DNA of 64,000 bases from assembly GCA_937870915.1 (NCBI GenBank), contig CALMZQ010000166.1:66-64065 (forward strand), given 5' to 3'. Below are positions 9,536 through 21,525 of the stretch, piece by piece (position 1 is the stretch's first letter; each line of letters opens with the position of its first letter). The notes beneath the pieces were generated by a model. The model was not told where the DNA came from, searched no databases, and was given only the letters and a program-made list of their open reading frames with translations. This DNA comes from an uncultured Ignavibacteria bacterium. GTDB taxonomy: Bacteria > Bacteroidota > Ignavibacteria > Kapaibacteriales > Kapaibacteriaceae. The translations under genes were made by a program, and so were the position numbers.

Positions 9536-10940
9536 GTGGGTAGCCCTTTCCGTAGCGTAGGTCTCCTCTTCCGAACAGTCGATCAAAGAGGCTGGCGCCA
9601 ATACCGATGTAGAAAGCACTGAAATTGGCACTTTGGGAATATGCCAAACCGTCTATTCGCTGTCCTATCTCATCGCTACCTGCAACGCTAACTCCGGCAC
9701 CTGTATTACCACTTGCCCATCCAGCCACGAGCTGGATAGACATCTGATCGCTTACAGGGAGTGCGAATCGCAAGCCCATGTGAGCAAAGGTGGAGGGGGC
9801 AAAATTGTATTCGAAGAAGGGTTCAGCAACAAACGTGCTCCCAAACGGATTCCAATGATACGTTATCCGGAGTGGGAACATACTCAGGCCATATTCATAA
9901 GCGCCAAGTGCCACGAGGTTCACAAGCGAGGTGCCAAGAGAGAGTCGGTAGTCAAGTATCGGTAATGCGATAGATGCAAAGGCTATGCGTGCTGTACCGC
10001 CCTTTATCACGGGAACTTTCTCTCCTAACTGGTCTGGCGCAAATGCGGATAGCTCGGCATTACTACCGGCTAATACAAAGTCAATAACACCGATCTCCCA
10101 CGCTGAGTGTTCATGATACTTCCACTCTACGTTGAGCTCTTCTTCTCTGTTGAGAAAGTCCACCACCGACGCACCAATGCCTAGGTAGGGGAAACTCGTG
10201 TACGTTACAGGCGGCACAAACAGATTGGCACCAAAGGCATAGCCCGCATATGCACGAAGATTGACGCCTCCGATACTTCCTACCTCAGCCGAGATGCTAG
10301 CGTTGACGTATTGGGATGGTGCCAACGAGAGAGAGAGAGATGGACGTACGGTTAGGTAGGGAATGAGGCTGCGGAAATAGATGCGCTTGTTAATCGTAAG
10401 AACACCTGCACCAAAGAGTGCGTGTGAATTGTCTGCGTCAGGCCGAACAAACTCCGCCAACGTAACGCCCCATGACCAGCCTGGATCGTTGTCGAACCAG
10501 TTCAATTTCCATTCACCGATACCGATACGGTAGATGTATCCGCTGAATAGTGCCGCTGTGCTGGTGTCAGCCTCATTCCAGAGTAGTCGCTTCACATCAT
10601 AATACACACCAAAGAGGCCTGTGTTTGTACTCTTCGCAGTATCGATCTTGGTTCCAATGAGACCTACACCTTCAAAGAGTCCAAGGCGGATGAAGGATGG
10701 GTAGAGTCGCTCAACAACACTATCATGCTGATTCACGGTTCGCGCCATGGTAATCGACCGCGTTGAGGGATAGACGATTCCGTTGTCTCTATCGCCGGGT
10801 TGATTCTGCACACGTTCTGTAATCACGGTGTCGGCATTGGTAATCGTATAGATGTCTCGTTCTACACGCGTGTAGCTACCACAACCCACAACGAGCATTG
10901 CAACGCCAAAAACAACAGTAAGGATGGAGGTCCGGATCAT
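9528..10940 (-). CDS. lipoprotein / putative outer-membrane beta-barrel protein, unknown function
   Basis: 470 aa with lipoprotein signal MIRTSILTVVFGVAMLVVGC. Alternating hydrophobic/aromatic beta-strand-like pattern throughout (YAGYAFGANLF, FYIGIGASLF). ATGA overlap with the upstream FAH gene. Confidence 0.55.
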   Translation of the reverse strand: MIRTSILTVVFGVAMLVVGCGSYTRVERDIYTITNADTVITERVQNQPGDRDNGIVYPSTRSITMARTVNQHDSVVERLYPSFIRLGLFEGVGLIGTKIDTAKSTNTGLFGVYYDVKRLLWNEADTSTAALFSGYIYRIGIGEWKLNWFDNDPGWSWGVTLAEFVRPDADNSHALFGAGVLTINKRIYFRSLIPYLTVRPSLSLSLAPSQYVNASISAEVGSIGGVNLRAYAGYAFGANLFVPPVTYTSFPYLGIGASVVDFLNREEELNVEWKYHEHSAWEIGVIDFVLAGSNAELSAFAPDQLGEKVPVIKGGTARIAFASIALPILDYRLSLGTSLVNLVALGAYEYGLSMFPLRITYHWNPFGSTFVAEPFFEYNFAPSTFAHMGLRFALPVSDQMSIQLVAGWASGNTGAGVSVAGSDEIGQRIDGLAYSQSANFSAFYIGIGASLFDRLFGRGDLRYGKGYPHE

Positions 10941-11599
10941 GTGATGCTCACAGTGAGATGCACAAGGGAAGAGAGGGAGGCATGAACAACATCTCCCGGG
11001 CGTAGTGGGCCTACTCCTTCGGGTGTGCCGGTAAAGATGCAGTCACCACGCTCAAGGGTGAAAACTGAAGACAAGTAGGAGATCATCGACGCAACACTGC
11101 GCTCCATGTGAGCCGTTGTGTCGTGTTGGCGCACCGTACCGTTCACATCACACGTGAGATCCCAAGGACCGTGACCGGCGGTGCTCACTGGTATGATCTT
11201 GCTCACTGGCGCAGAACCGTTCCATGCCTTTGAAATGGCCCATGGGTGTCCAGCCTTCTTTGCTGCCGTTTGAACATCGCGGGCTGTGAGGTCGAGGCCT
11301 ACTCCAACACCAGCAACAACAGACCATGCGTCCTTGGGAGCGATATGCTCAGCAAGGTTACCAATCACCACAACGAGTTCTACTTCATGATGAACATCTG
11401 ATGACCACGCAGGGAGTTCAACCGTAGATCCGTTGGGCCTGTATGCTGAAGGGGGCTTAAGGAATACAATGGGGTCCTCTGGTACCGATGCGCCCATCTC
11501 ACGTGCATGTGCCGCATAATTGCGACCGATACAATACATCGTGCCAATGGGAATTCTGGTCCCATCAGCAAAGGTCCATGCTCGTTGGTCAGTACTCAT
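10937..11599 (-). CDS. fumarylacetoacetate hydrolase (FAH) family protein
   Basis: FAH-family motifs CIGRNYAAHAREMG, VFLKP, HEVELVVVIG and FTGTPEGVGPLRPGD. 220 aa. Confidence 0.85.
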   Translation of the reverse strand: MSTDQRAWTFADGTRIPIGTMYCIGRNYAAHAREMGASVPEDPIVFLKPPSAYRPNGSTVELPAWSSDVHHEVELVVVIGNLAEHIAPKDAWSVVAGVGVGLDLTARDVQTAAKKAGHPWAISKAWNGSAPVSKIIPVSTAGHGPWDLTCDVNGTVRQHDTTAHMERSVASMISYLSSVFTLERGDCIFTGTPEGVGPLRPGDVVHASLSSLVHLTVSIT

Positions 11600-13752
11600 T
11601 GAGTTGTGTCTTGCGGGTGATCATTAATCTCGTCAGCAGGTGGGTTGATCATAACGTCTACGCCAACTGTGTCCGTTGAGTCTCGAGCAACAGCGAATGA
11701 GGATCTTCGCCACGGCACGGTTGGGTCGTTGTAGATCTTCTGCATCAGTCTGCCCCAAGCCGGTGCAGCTGCACGTCCGCCCTGACCATAGTCGCCGGTG
11801 AACTGTATCCGCCTGTCGTCAAACCCTACCCAAACACCACATGCCAACTGAGGTGTAACTCCCACGAACCAGGCATCTGCAAAATCATTCGTTGTGCCCG
11901 TTTTGCCAGCAGCGTCTCCCTTAAAGAACCGACGTATACTCGATGCCGTGCCACCGTCTACAACACCACGCATGAGGGAGATCATGTTTGATGCCACGCG
12001 CGGACTAAGAGCGTCGTTGACGGAATTCGGCAAACGTGCTTCGTAGAGAACGTTGCCCATGCGGTCTTCGATCTTTGTGATAAAGGCAGGGGGCACGTGG
12101 ACTCCATCATTGACAAATGCGGCATAGGCCGATGTAAGTTCAAGGGGTGACACTTCTACCGATCCTAACGCAATGGAAGGAACAGCCTGCAGTGGAGACG
12201 TGATGCCCAGGCGCTGGCAGATATTCACAACGTTGCCCGGCGAAGTATGCTCGGTGATTAAACGCGCAGCAACACTGTTCGTAGAAAACTTCAGTGCTGT
12301 GCGTAGTGAAACTGGACCGCCTTCCTTGCTAGAGCCACGTGGTGCCCACACGGTACCGTCACTCAGTGTTGTTACGAATGGTCCGCTCTCTACCGTTGTC
12401 TCCGGCGTTAGTCCTTGCTCTAGCGCACTCGCATAGACGAACGGCTTGAACGATGATCCTGGCTGACGTCTGATCTGCGTTACGTGATTGAGCGAATATC
12501 GAGCTGCTGGATTACGCTTCATGCTCAACGGTGATGCACCAACCAGAGCAAGGATGCCTCCTGTGCGCGGGTCTATGACAACCATACCGGATTGTATCAC
12601 CGTCATCTCGCGCTTCACACTATCCACAAACCCGCGGTTGCGTTTGTACTTGTCGGCAATACGTTTGCGAGCGCCATCCTTTGCAGCGATGTAGTCACTT
12701 CGCTTTGCAATCGCGCGATCGAGGAGGGAGTTCAGGAGAGCCCCTTTCGACTTCCATTGCCACGATGCATCAAACGTCTTCTGATAGGTGTTGAGGTGCT
12801 CGGCAATGGCATCGTTGGCATATCGTTGAACGCGTGAGTCTAACGTTGTATGGATCACAAGTCCGTCTCGGTACAGATCATGACCCTTCAGTTTATCTGC
12901 CCATGCGCCTTCGCGGCCAAGGAGCTGACGGATCATTTCAACAAAATGGGGGGCTATTCCACGGAAGATTGATGTAGGAGAGGGTTTTACAAGGGGCTCC
13001 GAGGAAGCCTTTGCCCACTGACCTTCATTAATGAAACCTTCATCAAGCATCATCTGAAGAATGAGGTTTCTTCTGGATATGCCTAGGGAATCGTCGCTGT
13101 TATACTTTTCCGGCGCTTTGAACAATCCTACCAGGTACGCACACTCGCCAATCGACAATCGCATTGGCTCTTTGTTGAAGTATACCTGGGAGGCAACACG
13201 AATACCATACGCGCCTCGGCCATAATAGACCGTGTTGGCATACATCTCGAGGATTTCGTTCTTCGTGTATGTGCGTTCGATCTGAAGCGCAGTCCATGCC
13301 TCTCGCACCTTACGAGCGAGTGTTTGCTCTTGGGTGAAGTAGAGATTGCGCGCTAATTGTTGAGTTATCGTAGATGCCCCCTCCTTTGCTCTGAGGGCAA
13401 ACACATTCTTCACAGCAGCCTTGAGGATTCGCATCGAATGAACCCCCCAGTGATCGTAGTAGGCTCGATCTTCCGTAGCGATGAGGGCGTTGACAAATCC
13501 CTTAGGGATTGAATCGTAGGGAATGTAGGTGCGGCGTGTTGTAGCGAAGTGCTCTAGAAGAATACCGTCCTGACTGTACACCTGTGTTGCAAGGTCTTGA
13601 CGTGGATTCTCGAGTTGTTCAAGTGTTGGCAATCCGTCGCTAAGTACAACAAGGACAAACACCAACGTTACAACAGACACAATTCCAATGGCCCAGAGTG
13701 CATATCGAAGTACTCTCTGTGGTGTAATGGGTGAGTTCTTCATCTTCATCAT
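11596..13752 (-). CDS. mrcA: penicillin-binding protein 1A (GT51 transglycosylase + transpeptidase)
   Basis: GT51 motifs ATEDRAYYDHWGV and GASTITQQLARNL, transpeptidase SxxK (GSSFKP), and an N-terminal TM anchor. Start placed at ATG 13752, which gives an ATGA overlap with the upstream stop. The ORF-track start at 13797 is also possible. Confidence 0.9.
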   Translation of the reverse strand: MMKMKNSPITPQRVLRYALWAIGIVSVVTLVFVLVVLSDGLPTLEQLENPRQDLATQVYSQDGILLEHFATTRRTYIPYDSIPKGFVNALIATEDRAYYDHWGVHSMRILKAAVKNVFALRAKEGASTITQQLARNLYFTQEQTLARKVREAWTALQIERTYTKNEILEMYANTVYYGRGAYGIRVASQVYFNKEPMRLSIGECAYLVGLFKAPEKYNSDDSLGISRRNLILQMMLDEGFINEGQWAKASSEPLVKPSPTSIFRGIAPHFVEMIRQLLGREGAWADKLKGHDLYRDGLVIHTTLDSRVQRYANDAIAEHLNTYQKTFDASWQWKSKGALLNSLLDRAIAKRSDYIAAKDGARKRIADKYKRNRGFVDSVKREMTVIQSGMVVIDPRTGGILALVGASPLSMKRNPAARYSLNHVTQIRRQPGSSFKPFVYASALEQGLTPETTVESGPFVTTLSDGTVWAPRGSSKEGGPVSLRTALKFSTNSVAARLITEHTSPGNVVNICQRLGITSPLQAVPSIALGSVEVSPLELTSAYAAFVNDGVHVPPAFITKIEDRMGNVLYEARLPNSVNDALSPRVASNMISLMRGVVDGGTASSIRRFFKGDAAGKTGTTNDFADAWFVGVTPQLACGVWVGFDDRRIQFTGDYGQGGRAAAPAWGRLMQKIYNDPTVPWRRSSFAVARDSTDTVGVDVMINPPADEINDHPQDTTQ

Positions 13753-15497
13753 AGCAGCACCTTTACTAGTTCTACACGACGACAGCGCTTTCGCCATAGG
13801 TCGAGTGATTCTCCGGGCCTACGGTTTGGCTTAAGACGCTCTCCCGCACTTCTGCCTTCCATGAGGTCTAGAGGAATGCCGCGTTCGGCAAGCTTCTTCA
13901 TGATGAACTCAACACGCTGTTTGCCAAGCTTCATGTTCGATGCATCGGAATCAACATCGTCTGTGTGACCGATTAAGACAAGGCGTTTGAGTCTCCCTAC
14001 ACTGCCCTTGACGTTTGATGCAAGTTCATCGAGTGCTGCAGACCACGACTGTGTTGTTTCCAAACCATTTGAATCCAGCGTGTTTTCGTACGGCGCATCA
14101 AACATGGAAGTGGGGAAGTTCACGCGCAGCATATACGTGATAGGAAGGGAAAGCGGTGCATCGCGAACAATGGTGTCGTTCTGTTGTTCCTTGGGGATCT
14201 TCACTTGGAACGCATCGTAAAAGAGATCGGAGGAACTCGCACTTACGTCCACAGGTGTTTCCACGGGCACATCCAACATGTAGCGTCCTGCTGAATCGGT
14301 ACGTGTACTCGATATCACCGCCCTCGTACCCGGTTCACGTGCAGTAACCTCGGCATCAGGCACGGGCTGTTGAGTTTGCTCATTAATCACAACACCGGAA
14401 ATTGTTGCTCGTTCAACCGGGAGTATCGGTAAAGGTGGCGGGATCACCGGCGATTCTGGAAGGTCTGCTACCTGCAATTGTGTGGTAGGGGGCGATCCAT
14501 TGCGTTTGCGATGCAATACATAGACGTCGAAGTCGCGTCGATGAGGAGCCCCTTTCCTTTGCTGATTGGAGCTGTAGTAGAGTGTTGTTGAATCTGCTTG
14601 GAAGGGGAAGACCTCATCGAACGACGTATTGATGGGTTTGCCAAGGTTCTCCACGGTGGTAAAGACAAGTGAGTCTGCTACCACGCGGAAGTTCGCACGA
14701 AAGAGATCGTAACCACCAACCGTGGCATGGCCGGCGGAGCTGAAGAGTAGTGCAGAACCGTCGGGCGTGAATTGCGGAGAGAGTTCGTCACACGGTGTGT
14801 TGATCACCGAACCACACCAACGGGGTTCACCAAATGCTCCGTTACGCAAACGAACACTCCAGAGATCAGTGCCGCCAAGAGTTCCCGGACGGTCTGAAGA
14901 AAAGATCAGCCACTCTCCGTTTGCAGAGGTTGTGGCATGACCGTCCCAATAGACAGGAAGATTCAAGGGTGCATCGAGTGGTACAGATCCATGTACTCCG
15001 TCCTCCGTAGCGGATGATCGCATTAGTGACGCGTCGCCCATGACAGAACCGGAGCGGACGTGTGTAGAGATAAACGCGACATCCAAACGAGACGGAGAGC
15101 TGCCGGAGCGTGCAACTACAGTGTCAACAGCTCGCAACGTCATACCGCGATATCCCGCTGAACCTGCGTCTGATCCTGTAACAATCAGTGTGATCTGCTT
15201 GTGTGGGATCAAGAGTCCGAATTCTTCGATATCCGTATCAGCGCCTGCAACGTTGTTGATTGCCCAATACGACGTGCCAGGAGACCTGCTCGATGTTGTG
15301 TCATAGGTGATCACGTCAAACATCGTGGGTTTGCATTCAGGCGGGGGTGGAGGGAGGGGGCATGCCGCCGCCGATCGGACGTACAGCGGCTTACTGCACG
15401 ATGCCATCAGGATAGCTATCAGGATCAGAAAGAGAACGTCACACAAACGAACACGGAACGGCAAGCGCAGAGGCGAGCAGAGATTGATACACGGCAT
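13749..15497 (-). CDS. OmpA-family protein with TolB-like PD40 repeats and CarboxypepD_reg-like domain
   Basis: Lipoprotein-like N-terminus (LILIAILMASC). PD40-type repeats (LIFSSDRPGTLGGTDLWSV; LLFSSAGHATVGGYDLFRA). CarboxypepD_reg-like ISGVVINEQTQQPVPDAEV...DSAGRYML. C-terminal OmpA motif LIGHTDDVDSDASNMKLGKQRV. The start is uncertain (15497 or a nearby alternative codon). Confidence 0.8.
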   Translation of the reverse strand: MPCINLCSPLRLPFRVRLCDVLFLILIAILMASCSKPLYVRSAAACPLPPPPPECKPTMFDVITYDTTSSRSPGTSYWAINNVAGADTDIEEFGLLIPHKQITLIVTGSDAGSAGYRGMTLRAVDTVVARSGSSPSRLDVAFISTHVRSGSVMGDASLMRSSATEDGVHGSVPLDAPLNLPVYWDGHATTSANGEWLIFSSDRPGTLGGTDLWSVRLRNGAFGEPRWCGSVINTPCDELSPQFTPDGSALLFSSAGHATVGGYDLFRANFRVVADSLVFTTVENLGKPINTSFDEVFPFQADSTTLYYSSNQQRKGAPHRRDFDVYVLHRKRNGSPPTTQLQVADLPESPVIPPPLPILPVERATISGVVINEQTQQPVPDAEVTAREPGTRAVISSTRTDSAGRYMLDVPVETPVDVSASSSDLFYDAFQVKIPKEQQNDTIVRDAPLSLPITYMLRVNFPTSMFDAPYENTLDSNGLETTQSWSAALDELASNVKGSVGRLKRLVLIGHTDDVDSDASNMKLGKQRVEFIMKKLAERGIPLDLMEGRSAGERLKPNRRPGESLDLWRKRCRRVELVKVLL

Positions 15498-16032
15498 CCG
15501 GGATTTCCACCGCGCCGAGCGAAGCTGTGAAGTCGTTGATGTACTGCGTATCAAGGAGGCGGAACCCACGGTCGTTCAAACGTTCAGCAAGATGTACAAA
15601 GGTAACCTTGGATGCATCGCGTTCCCTGCTGAACATTGATTCACCAAAAAACGCCCCACCGATGGCTACACCATAGAGGCCGCCTACCAACGTTGACCCT
15701 ATCCACGCTTCCATACTGTGAGCGAATCCCATGTTATGCAGATCTGTGTATGCATCGATCACGTCATCGGTGATCCATGTATCCTCTCTATCGGCGCAGG
15801 CAGCGATCACATCCTCAAAACACCGATCGATGGTAATCGAGTAGGGGGCTTTGCGAATCGTTTGCCGAAGTGAGCGCGGCAGGCGGATACCGTCAAGAGG
15901 GATAACAGCGCGCGGGTCCGGCCGATGCCAAAGAATGCGACCCGTTTCCGGCTCCCCCATGGGGAAGAAGCCGTTGCGATATCCCACGAGGAGGACCTCC
16001 GGAAGAAGAATGTTAGGGCCGCCGTTGAGCAT
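15439..16032 (-). CDS. aat: leucyl/phenylalanyl-tRNA--protein transferase
   Basis: Aat motifs YRNGFFPMGEP, ILWHRPDPRAVIPL and GGLYGVAIGGAFFGESMFS. Start at ATG 16032 or 16062; either overlaps the trmB 3' end. Confidence 0.85.
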   Translation of the reverse strand: MLNGGPNILLPEVLLVGYRNGFFPMGEPETGRILWHRPDPRAVIPLDGIRLPRSLRQTIRKAPYSITIDRCFEDVIAACADREDTWITDDVIDAYTDLHNMGFAHSMEAWIGSTLVGGLYGVAIGGAFFGESMFSRERDASKVTFVHLAERLNDRGFRLLDTQYINDFTASLGAVEIPDAVYQSLLASALAVPCSFV

Positions 16033-16726
16033 AATACTGTACGTATGGGATGCCCTTGTCATCGCAGAACATCTGCTGGTCCGTTGTAAATGGGAATGGC
16101 CAGGCATCGCCCGGATCAACATTCTCCTGCGGATGGACTACGTTGAACAACTCAGATGCAGAGAGGATCTCGTTCTGATGATCAACCACCTCTTGTCTGT
16201 CTGAGGCAAGCCAGATACGTCCGTCAGGGACAAGGACGCGGTGGAGGTGCTTCAGAAATTCCCCGTTAAATGCCCTGCGTTTGTGGTGTCTGTTCTTTGG
16301 CCATGGGTCAGGGAAGAGGTAGACCGCATACTGCACGGACCCTGTTGCTATCCAATCCAGGCCATTGGCCATTGAGTACCATTCGGCGTGCGCATTTCCG
16401 ATGTTCTCCCCCCTGATAACGCCATCGATCCAGGTAGTGAGAGTTTGGCGGACCTCAAGTCCAAGGATATTGAGGTGTGGGTATGCAAGGGCATGACGGA
16501 GCATAAAGGCCCCCCGGCCACATCCGATGTCGAGAACATCCGGAGGCTTCCCATTGGCAAACCAGGAGCCCCATTCCACAGAATCCCTTACCGGAGGGTA
16601 CCAGATAGGCAATTTGTGGTGTTGACTGGCCGGTAAATAGGCCTGCGAATTGACGTGGTGGCGCACCCTGGGCATGGGGTACTTGGTCCAGTCTATTTCC
16701 GGAGTATCGGCAATGCGTCTATCCAT
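16013..16726 (-). CDS. trmB: tRNA (guanine-N7)-methyltransferase
   Basis: SAM motif VLDIGCGRGAFML plus the TrmB signature YLFPDPWPKNRHHKRR. Confidence 0.9.
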   Translation of the reverse strand: MDRRIADTPEIDWTKYPMPRVRHHVNSQAYLPASQHHKLPIWYPPVRDSVEWGSWFANGKPPDVLDIGCGRGAFMLRHALAYPHLNILGLEVRQTLTTWIDGVIRGENIGNAHAEWYSMANGLDWIATGSVQYAVYLFPDPWPKNRHHKRRAFNGEFLKHLHRVLVPDGRIWLASDRQEVVDHQNEILSASELFNVVHPQENVDPGDAWPFPFTTDQQMFCDDKGIPYVQYYAQRRP

Positions 16727-16810
16727 AGCTATGCAAATGTACCATTCCGTATATTCGCCGTCCTTGTCTTGTCTCCTCGATGGAGATGGGACGGGCTGTG
16801 CCGATTGAGA

Positions 16811-18868
16811 ATGAATGGAGGACTCTTGAGTTCGAAGAATCTGGGCAAGTGGTTGCTCATTCTGCTGCCTATCGTGGCTTCAGCGTATTTGCTATGGCCT
16901 ACGTATAGCTATTATCAGCTTAATCAAGAGCGAGAAGCACTCGCTCGGGATTCTGCTGCCCTGGAGCAGTGGGATGTCTCCAATGGTGAATCGTTCATCA
17001 AGGCGCGCAATGGTCGCCTGAAGCTCGGTCTCGACCTTCGTGGCGGTATGTACGTCACGTTGGAAGTGGACGTGTTGAAACTCATCGAAGAGTCGGCAGA
17101 CCCTTCGAGTGTGGATGACGACTTCACCAAGATCCTCGAGAAGACTCGCAGGGAAACGGACAACACGGACAACGACGTGTTGGAGACGTTCCTCGGCAAC
17201 TTCCGTGGTAGTGGCAAGTCCCTGCTCCAATACTTCACGGTGAGCAACCAATCGGATCCAACGGAAGCTTCGATCGAAGAAAAACTTCGTCGCGACTCCG
17301 AGGGCGCCGTTGAGCAAGCACTTGAGGTCATCAAGCAACGGATCAATAAATACGAGCTTTCGGAAGTCAACATCCAGAAGCAAGGGGCTCGCCGCATCGT
17401 GATCGAGCTTCCGGACGTAAAGGACGAAAAAGAAATCCGTTCGCTGTTGCAGACCACGGCTCGTCTTGAATTCAAGCGCGTTGTGATGAATCGCGAACTG
17501 ATCCGAGCATTCTACGCCATCGATAACTTGCTCAAGGGTGTAAAGCCCGACACTACGGTTGCGGTTGCAGACTCGGCAGCTCTTGCCTCGGCAGATAGCA
17601 CAAAGGCAGACACAACAAAGACCGACACTGCAGCAACAGCTGCAAAAACGGACACAGCCGGAAAGAAAGACAATCCATACGCCGGCCTAAGTGATGATGA
17701 GGCAGCACGCCGTATCAAGCGCGACTATCCGCTGTCGCACATGCTTGCCGGATATTATGCGCAAGGCGAAAACTCATCGTATCAACCCTTCGACCTTATC
17801 CTCAAGAAACCCGAAGACTTCCCGGAAACGGGCCTCTATCGTTTCATTGTAGGTGGCAAACAATTGCCTCAGCTGTTGAAGATCCTTGAGCGTGCCGATG
17901 TAAAGCGCGTGATGCCAGCAGATATCGACATTATCGTAGCAGCAAAGCCAGAAGGCACTCCTGCAAAGGACGGCACGCCCGAAGTCTATGATGTATACGG
18001 AGTGGCACGCGAAGCAGACCTTACAGGAGACGTTGTTACAGAAGCCTTCCCAAGCTTTGACCAAGCCAACAATCGTCCGGTAGTAATGATGGAAATGAAT
18101 GCGGACGGCGCAGAGCGCTGGGCGCAGATCACCGGAGCAAACATCAACAAGCGTATCGCGATTGTCCTTGATGGTCGCGTTTATTCAGCACCTGTTGTCC
18201 AAAACAAGATCCCGAACGGGTCCTCCCAAATCACAGGGTCTGGTAGTCCTGAAGAAGCAAACCTCCTTGCCGTAGTTCTCAAGGCAGGCGCTCTTAAGGC
18301 ACCTGTGAAGATCATCGAAGAACGTGTAGTTGGTCCGTCCCTTGGTGAAGATTCCATTCGACGCGGTATCAGCAGCTCGTTGATGTCCTTCGCCTTGATC
18401 ATTCTCTTCATGCTTCTCTACTATGCATGGGGCGGTGGTATTGCAGACATCGCATTGCTCATGAACGTGTTGCTCGTAGTAGCCGGCCTTGCCGGTTTCG
18501 GCGGAACACTCACGTTGCCTGGTATTGCCGGTCTGATCCTCTCTACGGCCATGGCAGTGGATGCGAACATCCTCATCTTTGAGCGTATGCGGGAAGAGTT
18601 GTACGCGGGTAAGACGCTTAAGCAGGCTGTAGATCAAGGTTTCAGCAAGGCGTGGAGCGCAATTATCGACTCCAACATCACACACATGCTTGCTACGATT
18701 CCACTGCTCATCTGGGGTTCGGGTCCTGTTAAGGGATTTGCCGTGACGCTCCTTGCCGGTGCGATCATTACCCTCTTCACAGCTGTCGTTATTACACGAG
18801 CGATGTTCGGCATCATCGTGGACAGCGGTGCAACCACCATCAACATCGGACAGAAGAGGACGGCCTAA
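16811..18868 (+). CDS. secD: protein translocase subunit SecD
   Basis: Start at ATG 16811 (MNGGLLSSKNLGKWLLILLPIV). SecD motifs GLDLRGGMYVTLEV, IELPDVKD and GPSLGEDSI, followed by six C-terminal TM helices. It contains a Thr/Ala/Asp-rich low-complexity insert at about 17560-17680. Confidence 0.9.
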   Translation: MNGGLLSSKNLGKWLLILLPIVASAYLLWPTYSYYQLNQEREALARDSAALEQWDVSNGESFIKARNGRLKLGLDLRGGMYVTLEVDVLKLIEESADPSSVDDDFTKILEKTRRETDNTDNDVLETFLGNFRGSGKSLLQYFTVSNQSDPTEASIEEKLRRDSEGAVEQALEVIKQRINKYELSEVNIQKQGARRIVIELPDVKDEKEIRSLLQTTARLEFKRVVMNRELIRAFYAIDNLLKGVKPDTTVAVADSAALASADSTKADTTKTDTAATAAKTDTAGKKDNPYAGLSDDEAARRIKRDYPLSHMLAGYYAQGENSSYQPFDLILKKPEDFPETGLYRFIVGGKQLPQLLKILERADVKRVMPADIDIIVAAKPEGTPAKDGTPEVYDVYGVAREADLTGDVVTEAFPSFDQANNRPVVMMEMNADGAERWAQITGANINKRIAIVLDGRVYSAPVVQNKIPNGSSQITGSGSPEEANLLAVVLKAGALKAPVKIIEERVVGPSLGEDSIRRGISSSLMSFALIILFMLLYYAWGGGIADIALLMNVLLVVAGLAGFGGTLTLPGIAGLILSTAMAVDANILIFERMREELYAGKTLKQAVDQGFSKAWSAIIDSNITHMLATIPLLIWGSGPVKGFAVTLLAGAIITLFTAVVITRAMFGIIVDSGATTINIGQKRTA

Positions 18869-18869
18869 C

Positions 18870-19814
18870 ATGGATCTCATTAAGAAAACCAATATCGACT
18901 TTGTGACGAAGCGTAACGCCTTCTTCATGACGTCGCTCATTGCAACAGTTGTTGGACTCATCATCGCCTTCCTCCCTGGTATGATCGATCTTGGTATCGA
19001 CTTCACAGGTGGTACGCAGATTAGCGTCTCGTTTGCAAACAAGTCCGCTTCAGCAGACCAAGTTCGTAGTGCCGTGAGAGGGATCGGCTATGCCGGTGCA
19101 GAGATCAAGAGTTTTGGTAAGGATGGAGACTATCTCATTCGAATCAATCAAACCGGCCAGTCGTCTACAGTGTCGGCCAAGATCGTTGCAGGACTCCAAA
19201 GCGCATTCCCTAGTGACAACGTTGTCCTCCTTGGAGCAGATAACGTTGACCCGAAGGTTTCCTCTGAGCTTGCTTTTGATTCAGCGCTTTCGCTCTTCAT
19301 CGCTACGATCATCATCCTGATCTACGTTGCCTTCCGGTTCCAGCTTGCCTACGGCATTTCGGCCGTGGTTGCACTCGCACACGACGTGCTCATGGCATTC
19401 GTAATCTCGGTACTGTTCAATAAACTGGGCATCTTGAACCTCGAGCTTAGTATCAATTCGCTTGCTGCCTACCTTACGATCCTCGGCTACTCCATCAACG
19501 ATAAGGTTGTGGTGTTCGACCGTATTCGTGAGAATAGAGACAAACACAAGGGCATGTCCCTGAGCGAACTTGTTAACCTCTCGCTGAATGAGACGCTCAG
19601 CCGTACGCTCATTACCGGTGTTTCGGTTCTTGCAGCTCTCCTTGTTCTTGTCTTCCTTGGTGGAGACGTTCTCGAAGGTTTCGCCTTCACGATGTTCGTT
19701 GGTATCGTTGTTGGTACCTACTCATCAATCTACATCGCCTCGTCATTCCTTATCTGGTACTCTGACCGCGTAGAGCACAAGAAGGTTGGCCACGTTTCGC
19801 ATCAAAAGGCCTGA
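18870..19814 (+). CDS. secF: protein translocase subunit SecF
   Basis: ATG 18870 lies one base past the secD stop codon (TAA 18866-18868) and gives MDLIKKTNIDFV. SecF-type TM core (SINDKVVVFDRIREN). Confidence 0.9.
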   Translation: MDLIKKTNIDFVTKRNAFFMTSLIATVVGLIIAFLPGMIDLGIDFTGGTQISVSFANKSASADQVRSAVRGIGYAGAEIKSFGKDGDYLIRINQTGQSSTVSAKIVAGLQSAFPSDNVVLLGADNVDPKVSSELAFDSALSLFIATIIILIYVAFRFQLAYGISAVVALAHDVLMAFVISVLFNKLGILNLELSINSLAAYLTILGYSINDKVVVFDRIRENRDKHKGMSLSELVNLSLNETLSRTLITGVSVLAALLVLVFLGGDVLEGFAFTMFVGIVVGTYSSIYIASSFLIWYSDRVEHKKVGHVSHQKA

Positions 19815-19819
19815 TCTCT

Positions 19820-21484
<1,665 letters not shown>

Positions 21485-21525
21485 AACAATGTATCTTTAG
21501 GGCGAGTTGGTTGTTATTGAAGATC

